DNA from: Malacoraja senta
Lineage: Eukaryota
Direction of reading: 5' to 3'
DNA: 28,234 nucleotides
Assembly: GCA_038087875.1 (NCBI GenBank)
Contig: JAXLNO010000587.1
Coordinates: forward strand, 62,001 to 90,234
The position numbers and the translations under genes were made by a program. Of this stretch, positions 21,750 through 28,234 are shown piece after piece. A model generated the notes under the pieces. That model did not search any database. It worked only from the letters and a program-made list of their open reading frames with translations, and was not told the DNA's origin. Every line of letters begins with the position of its first letter. Within the stretch, counting starts at the first letter, position 1.

Positions 21750-21988
21750 GCTGTCTGTGCAGAGTTTGTACATTCTCCCCGTGACCTGCGTGGGTTTTCT
21801 CCGGGATCCTCCGGTTTTCTCCCATACTGCAAAGAGTACAGGTTTGTAGGCTAATTGGCTTGGCATAATTGTAAATTGTCCGTAGTGTGTATAGGATAGT
21901 GTAGGTGTGCAAGGATCGCTGGTCAGTGCGGACTCAATGGGCCGAAGGGCTGTTTCCACGCTCTATCTCTAAACTGAACTAACTAAAT
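21750..21988 (+). mobile_element. tRNA-derived SINE, 5'-truncated
   Basis: gagtttgtacattctccccgtgacctgcgtggg...gggccgaagggctgtttccacgctctatctctaaactgaactaac. Confidence 0.85.
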
Positions 21989-22117
21989 AAACATCCTCTA
22001 CTGAAGGCAGTAACTCGTAACCAGTAACCATGGCTGACACCACAGTGTTTCAAAGTCATGTTTTTATAGTGTATATTCTTCTAAACGATGCAATACATCA
22101 AGGCTTCATATGGAATT

Positions 22118-22445
22118 AGAATCGTATGACACGGAAACAGGCCTTCAGCCCAACTCGTCTATGCCGACCAGGATGACATCTAAGTTAGTTCCATTTGCGT
22201 GTTTTGTCCATTTTCCTCTGAATCTTTCCTATCCTTGTACGTGTCCAAGTTTCTTTTAAATGTTGTTATGGTATCTGCCTCAACTATCTTCTCTGGCAGC
22301 TTGTTCCATATACCCACCACTCTATGTGTGGAAAACGTTGCCCCTCGTGTTCCTATTAAATCTTTCCCATCTTACCCTTAAACCTATGCCCTTTGGTTCT
22401 TGATTTCCCCAACCTTGGGTATAAGACTCTGTGCAATCACTCTAT
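22118..22445 (-). mobile_element. CR1 LINE 3' fragment
   Basis: Same family as 9452 and 23608. Confidence 0.85.
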
Positions 22446-23607
22446 TCCAATTAAATACAACTTTTATACTGCAATTGATACATGTTACTTGATTTATTTA
22501 CCTTACTGTATTGCCATTCAATAAAGAAACCCGTATGAACAACAACTATGAAAAATGCTGAGAAGAATTAGCGCACCAGGCAGCATCAGTGGAGAGAAAC
22601 AGTTAATTCTTAATGTCAATAACTCTTCATCAAAACTCAGCAACTTCTAATTCTGAAGTGTAATTCCTGCAATTTTTAGTTTGCTTTGCAACAATAACCA
22701 TTCACATTGTAAATGTTTCTACCAATTAACTATTTATATGCACATGAAACTTTTCAATTATTTACAAAAACTCATGTTAACTCTGCAAATATAAAATTGT
22801 CAATCCATTATCTACTCCCAGTAATGATGATCCCAGTTTCATTTTTACTTTAATAACATCATGCTCTGCACATTGCATTGCCTACACTTTGAAAGATCAA
22901 TTTAATCTTAAACACTCATAGTCCAAATCAGTCGCTATGGTTCATTATGGTACTTGAACATATTTAAGAAATAAACCTGGTAATAATTTGTTCTGATTCG
23001 AATTTCTGGTGAAAGTATTGGCTTTCCACGGACTGGATATACGTTTTCATCTCTGCTACCCCTTTATGGTTAGAATATTACAACCTCTGCTCTCCATTTT
23101 CAGATTGTTTCCAAAGTTGCACTTCAGCCCCAATTATTTTCACTCTCCCTCAGTGTGTTTGTTTAGTGTGTATTGGGATCACATGAGCAAGTCCAGACAA
23201 AGTGTAGCATAACTCATAGAGCTCTTGAATCATCTCTAAATTGCAACAGTACCAATTAATTCAGCTCCACCTAAGCTTGATTGTGCACTTAGTGACTACA
23301 TGAACAACAGGAATCTGGCAACACCACAGACTTTTCTGAGACTTGCACTGTGTAGCAGCAGCAGCAACACTGACTATTAAAATGGCCTTGCTACAACACC
23401 AACTCTCCCTTCAAGTATGCAGCCTCTATTCTGACATTGCTTTGAACTGGCTCTCTCCTATCAGTAAAAACAAATCACGTAAAGCTCCTGTATCCAAGGA
23501 GTGCGAATATTTCTATAGCTCAGGAAAAAAATCGAAACCTTAAACTCAAAACTCTCCAAGAACTTTTATCACTCCAGGGTGTCTTGACCTGAGATATACT
23601 TCTGATT

Positions 23608-23935
23608 ATAGAGTCAAAGAGTCATACAGCACGGAAACAGGTCCTTCGGCCCTACTTTCCCACACCCACCAACATGTCCCATCTACACTAGTCCCACTTG
23701 CCTGCGTTTGGGCCATATCCCTCTGAACCTGTCCTATCCACGAACCTGTCCAAAAGTTCTGAAGCATTGCGATAGTAACTGCCTCAACTACCCTCCTCCG
23801 GCAGCTCGTTCCATATACCCACCACCCTTTGTGTGAATACGTTACCCCTCGGGTTCTATTAAATCTCCCCCCCGCCCCCCTCACCTTAAACCTATGACCT
23901 CTGGTCTCGATTTCCCAACTCCGGGCAAGAGACTG
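23608..23935 (-). mobile_element. CR1 LINE 3' fragment
   Basis: ETRGHRFKVRG... on the minus strand, plus tail. Confidence 0.85.
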
Positions 23936-24329
23936 TGTGTGTCTATGTGATGCTCTGTGCCTCTGATTCATGTGATGTTCTGTGCCTCCACCTTTCCACT
24001 TCGCAGTGGCCTCTGCAGATGCTTGCACCAGGGTCACCTGCCCAAGTATCTCGCTGCCAGTGGCATGCAGGAGGATGCTCTAGATGGAGGATTCACTTCA
24101 CTAGCTTCCTGCAGAGAAGTAAATATGCACAGCTCTTGTTCTTCAACACTTGAACAGGGAGCACTTCAAACGCTGCGTTTCAAGTCATCCTCTTGCTACT
24201 CCATTAATATCATAAAAGCTATGAATGTTGCCGACTTGCATGTTGCAAAGACTGATGTGCAACATATAGATATGCATAATAATTCGTGACAAACTCCAAT
24301 AATAAATCATTATTAATGCACTTTTGTTA

Positions 24330-24602
24330 CATAGAACATAGAACAGTACAGCACAGGAACAGACCCTTTAGCCCACAAAGTCCATGCTGAACATGATGTC
24401 AGGTTAAATTAATCTCCTCTGCCTGCATGTGATCCGTACCCCTCCATTCCCAGCATATCCATGTGCCTATTTAAAAGCCTCTTAAAATGCCTCTATTTTA
24501 TCTGCCTCCACCTTTATCCTTGGTAGCATGTTCCAGGCACTCATTAGTCTCTGTGTTTAAAAAATATATATTAGCCCGCACAGCTCCTTTAAAGTTTGCC
24601 AC
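24330..24602 (-). mobile_element. CR1 LINE 3' fragment
   Basis: catagaacatagaacagtacagcacaggaacag tail and CR1 3' body. Confidence 0.75.
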
Positions 24603-24646
24603 TCTTGTTTCCTCTGGAGCATTGGACGCTGAGGAGCCACCTGATA

Positions 24647-24760
24647 GATGTGTGTGGTAGATAGTTCACCCTGCTATAGGAAGGATGTGTGTGGTAGATA
24701 GTTCACATGCTATAGGAAGGATGTATGTGGTAGATAGTTCACCCTGCTATAGGAAGGATG
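24647..24760. repeat. 37-bp tandem repeat, 3 copies
   Basis: Unit gatgtgtgtggtagatagttcaccctgctataggaag (second copy 36 bp), running into CR1 sequence. Confidence 0.9.
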
Positions 24761-25210
24761 CTGTTAAACTGGAAGAGAGCAAAGAAGATTTACAATGATG
24801 TTGCCAGGTCTTGAGGGCCTGAGCTATAGAGAGAGGTCAGACAGGCCCATGAATGTATTCCCTGAAGTGTAGGAAGCTGAAGGGTGATCTTATAGAGCTG
24901 TTTTAAAATCATGAGGGAAATGATAGATTAATGGGGAGCCTTTTACCCAGAATAGGGGAATCAAGAACCAGAGGACATGGGTTTAAGGTGAGAGGGGAAA
25001 AAGATTTAATAGGAGCCTGAAAGACAACTTTTTCAAACAGAGGGTGAGGATAATGTGAAATAAGCTGCCAGAAGAAGCAGGTACTATAACATTTAAAAGA
25101 CATTTGGACAGGTACGTGAATAGGAAAGTTTTAGCAGGGTTTGGGCCAAACACATGCAGTTGGACTAGCAGAGCAAGTGGCCAAAGAGCTTGTTTCCGTG
25201 TGAATGACTA
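24740..25210 (+). mobile_element. CR1 LINE 3' fragment
   Basis: aagatttacaatgatgttgccagg...agaaccagaggacatgggtttaaggtgagaggg. Confidence 0.85.
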
Positions 25211-26238
25211 TATATAAAATTATGAGAGGACAGATAGATTCCTTTTCTCAGGGCGAAAACATCAAGGTGTGAGGTGAGAAGTGTCAAGTGTAAAAGTGTG
25301 CAAGTTATTTAAGACAGTGTTAAATAGCCTGATCCCACTGCCAGGAGTGGTGAAGTATATATGTTAAGAGGCCGTTACGAGCAGGATACTGACTATTTGC
25401 AGGCAGATGGGATTAGTTTAGATTTGGCATTATGGTTGGCACAGACACAGTCAGCTGAAGGGCCTGTTACTGTGCATGTTCAATGCCCTGAATATTTATC
25501 CAGATTTTCAGTTACGTTTAAGACATGTACTGTGCGTTGTAATTAAACGCAGCTTAATTTCCTACAGATTCTCTGCTTATTCATGCAACACACAAATTCA
25601 CTGATTATTCCCTGGATTTTATTTAGCTATTGGACTAGGCTTCTACAAACTGAAAACTGAAATAAAAAAATGTCAGCATGGAATTATTTGTCAAGTCAGA
25701 AAGCATCAGCGGAGACAGAAGTGTATTTATGCTTCCGTTCAATGAAGCTGCTGTCACCTTCTGTCTATCGCATCTCCTGGGAAAAATAAAATGAAAGGAA
25801 TTAAATGATGGGGGCAGTGTTGCTTCTCCTTGTTGTATAATACCAGGCATTGAATGTGAAAATTATCCTCATTAAATTCATATTGGTAATGGAATGGGCT
25901 GTCTTAAATAATAAAAACATCAGGTGCTGAAAATGTAAATAAACAGAAAATCAATTTCTATCGAAAGATTGCAGACCTGAAACGGACTGTCTACCTTGGA
26001 GAAACAAGGAACTGCAGTTGCTGGTTAACATAAAAAGACACAAAGTGCAGGAACAATAGAGGGTATCTTCTAGCTGTGTTTTCCCACATTTTCTGTATCT
26101 GTGTCCTAACTATACTCGTTTTCTGTTCATTTGCTATGATGTCACATTATCCTTAAGCTTTATCAAGAGGATGTTGGGGGAAGTGAGTAAGTCAATTTGA
26201 AAACGGATTAAAAAGTAAAAATGCTTCTATATTGGTTT

Positions 26239-26800
26239 AGAAGGAACTGCAGATGCTGGAAAATCGAAGGTAGACAAAAGGCTGGAGAAAACTCAGCGGG
26301 TGAGGCAGCATCTATGGAGCGAAGGAAATAGGCAACGTTTCGGGTCGATACCCTTCTTCAGACTGATGTGAGGGTGGGGGGGGGGGGGGGCAGGAAGAAG
26401 AAAGGAAGAGAGTGGAGACAGTGGCTGGGGAGAGCTGAGAAGGGGAGGAGAAAGTAGGGACTACCTGAAATTAGAGAAGTCAATGTTCATACCGCTAAGG
26501 TGCAAACTGCCCAAGGAAATATGAGGTTCTGCTCCTCCAATTTACGGTGTCCTCCTCTGGCCATGGAGGAGGCCCAGGACAGAAAGGTCGGATTCGGAAT
26601 GGGAGGGGGAGTTGAAGTGCTGAGCAACTGGGAGATCAGGTTGGTTATTGCGAACCGAGCGGAGGTGTTCGGCGAAGCGATCGCCAAACCTATGCTTGGT
26701 CTCACCGATGCAGAGCAGCTGACACCTAGACCAAGCGTAGGCTTGGCGATCGCTTCGCCGAACACCTCTGCTCGGTTTGCAATAACCAACCTGATCTCCC
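26239..26800 (-). mobile_element. Penelope-like element 3' fragment (GIY-YIG endonuclease plus terminus) with 5' inversion
   Basis: Minus strand LCIGETKHRFGDRFAEHLRSVRNNQPDLPVAQHFNSPSH...HRKLEEQNLIF (frameshifted) matches the PLE GIY-YIG C-terminal half. 26728-26800 is an inverted copy of 26630-26702. Confidence 0.9.
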
Positions 26801-27508
26801 TTTACATTTGGAAAAGGCATTCGATAAGTGCTCAATATTATGCCACCTAATGGGGACCAAAATACACAGCAACAGAAACAATGTGTGGGGTGTGGAAAAA
26901 TTGAATCTGCAGAGATTGAGAAAGAAAATGCTGGAAGAAAATGTGCAACTACTGTGATGAAGAGACAGAGAACATAGAATGTGGAACAGTACAGCACAGG
27001 ATCAGTATAGCACAATTTCTGCACCAAATATGATGCCAATATGAATTAATCTCAACTGCATAAGCTACGTGATCCATATCCCTCATGGACAAAAATGGGG
27101 TAAAAAAAGAGCAAAAGACAAGGTAAATAAAGTGGCAGGAAGAGAAGGCTGATGTCAATTTGGATGCATTGTGGAATTCCCACCTCAGAGTCAAAAGGTT
27201 ACCTCTATATTGTTTGATTGATGCAAACAATATTTAAACAAGAAGGTGGCCAGTGCAGCAATCCATTCCAATTACCTTCAGAAACAACGGTAAATTTGAA
27301 TAGTAACTCAAGTAACTGCCAGTGAGTAGTTTGATTCACTCTACAAAAACCTATGCTTATATGTATATCATAAAATATGTATAAACTAATAATGAGCTAA
27401 AGATTATATACTGTATAATTTATCTTTACTCGAAATCGAGTTAAAGCAATCATAAAATCTTTTGTGATGCATTATAGTAATTTACACATTGGGAAAAGGG
27501 ATTAAATG

Positions 27509-27699
27509 TGCATACCAATGATTTTTCGTCTATTAATGAAAATGAATACTGTATCTGGAAGCGAATACCACAATGATTATTTTGCATCAACAGATGGTTG
27601 GTGCAATTGCAGCACTGTTGGTGCAAAATAATAATTGTGGTATTCGCTTCCAGATACAGTAATCATTTTCATTAATATATGAAAAATTGTTGGAATGCA
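27509..27699. repeat. Long AT-rich inverted repeat (fold-back/MITE-like)
   Basis: 85-bp arms (27509-27593 and 27615-27699), 77/85 complementary, 21-nt loop. Confidence 0.9.
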
Positions 27700-28234
27700 A
27701 CTAGGGCTGATACTCTAGCACCCATTGAGCACATGTAACCAAACATGCACTTCCAGATTTCTACCCTAAATTTTGGTCTAAATATAAGTCAAGGAATTCA
27801 TTGTACTTTGAATAAAATATTTGGTGGTAATATGTTAGATTTATCCGTCTCACTTTCATGATATGCTGAATAATACTCACTGAAATGAGGCCTAGATCGC
27901 TGTACACATGACTCAAATAAATCTTCAGCTTGCGGAGGATCATAATTGAAGACATTGAATGGAAGCAAGATAGCATAGTGGCTGAAAAAGGATCTACATA
28001 AAAAAAAGTCATTTTTTTAATTTAAAGGTCTTTTGGCCACAAGATGGTTTCATAAAATGATCAGTTTGAGGTCATTGTTCAACGAAAGATTGGTTCATAT
28101 TAGTGAACAAAATATTTGATTGATAGCAAATTTAGTCCCCGCATTGAGGGGCAATTTAGCCTAAAGAGCTTTGCTGGTGCTAGTATTAGAGGAGGAGGAG
28201 GCAGAAGAGGAAGACACAGGCTGACAGTGGGGAG

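Noticed and set aside
15959..28234. Next SYTL5 exon (expected QL...TGEWF...)
   Set aside because: No convincing match found by eye; possible acceptors near 18101 and 21228 give no homologous peptide.

Overview
Eukaryotic, repeat-dense vertebrate DNA. The repeat content (HE1/V-SINE-like tRNA SINEs, CR1 LINEs, Penelope, Rex1/Babar) fits a cartilaginous fish, probably a skate or ray. The window appears to be mostly intron of a + strand synaptotagmin-like gene, best match SYTL5. Only one exon is visible (15744-15958, Rab27-binding SHD zinc finger), and as written it has a 1-nt frameshift, most simply placed in a G run. The most unusual object is a ~4 kb TIR element (16354-20346) with 13-bp TIRs and a 7-bp TSD that splits a SINE in two. 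It carries what looks like a captured first coding exon of TDP2 (ATG, UBA-like domain, GTAAGT donor), i.e. a Pack-type DNA transposon. Also present: a non-autonomous Helitron with both termini, a duplicated 5' module and minisatellites; hAT- and Harbinger-type non-autonomous elements; a Penelope GIY-YIG fragment with an inversion and hammerhead-like motifs; two related GC-rich non-autonomous retroelements with different LINE tails; and an 85-bp-arm hairpin. Most ORFs in the track are spurious or TE-derived. All family and gene assignments come from my recall of motifs, not from database searches.
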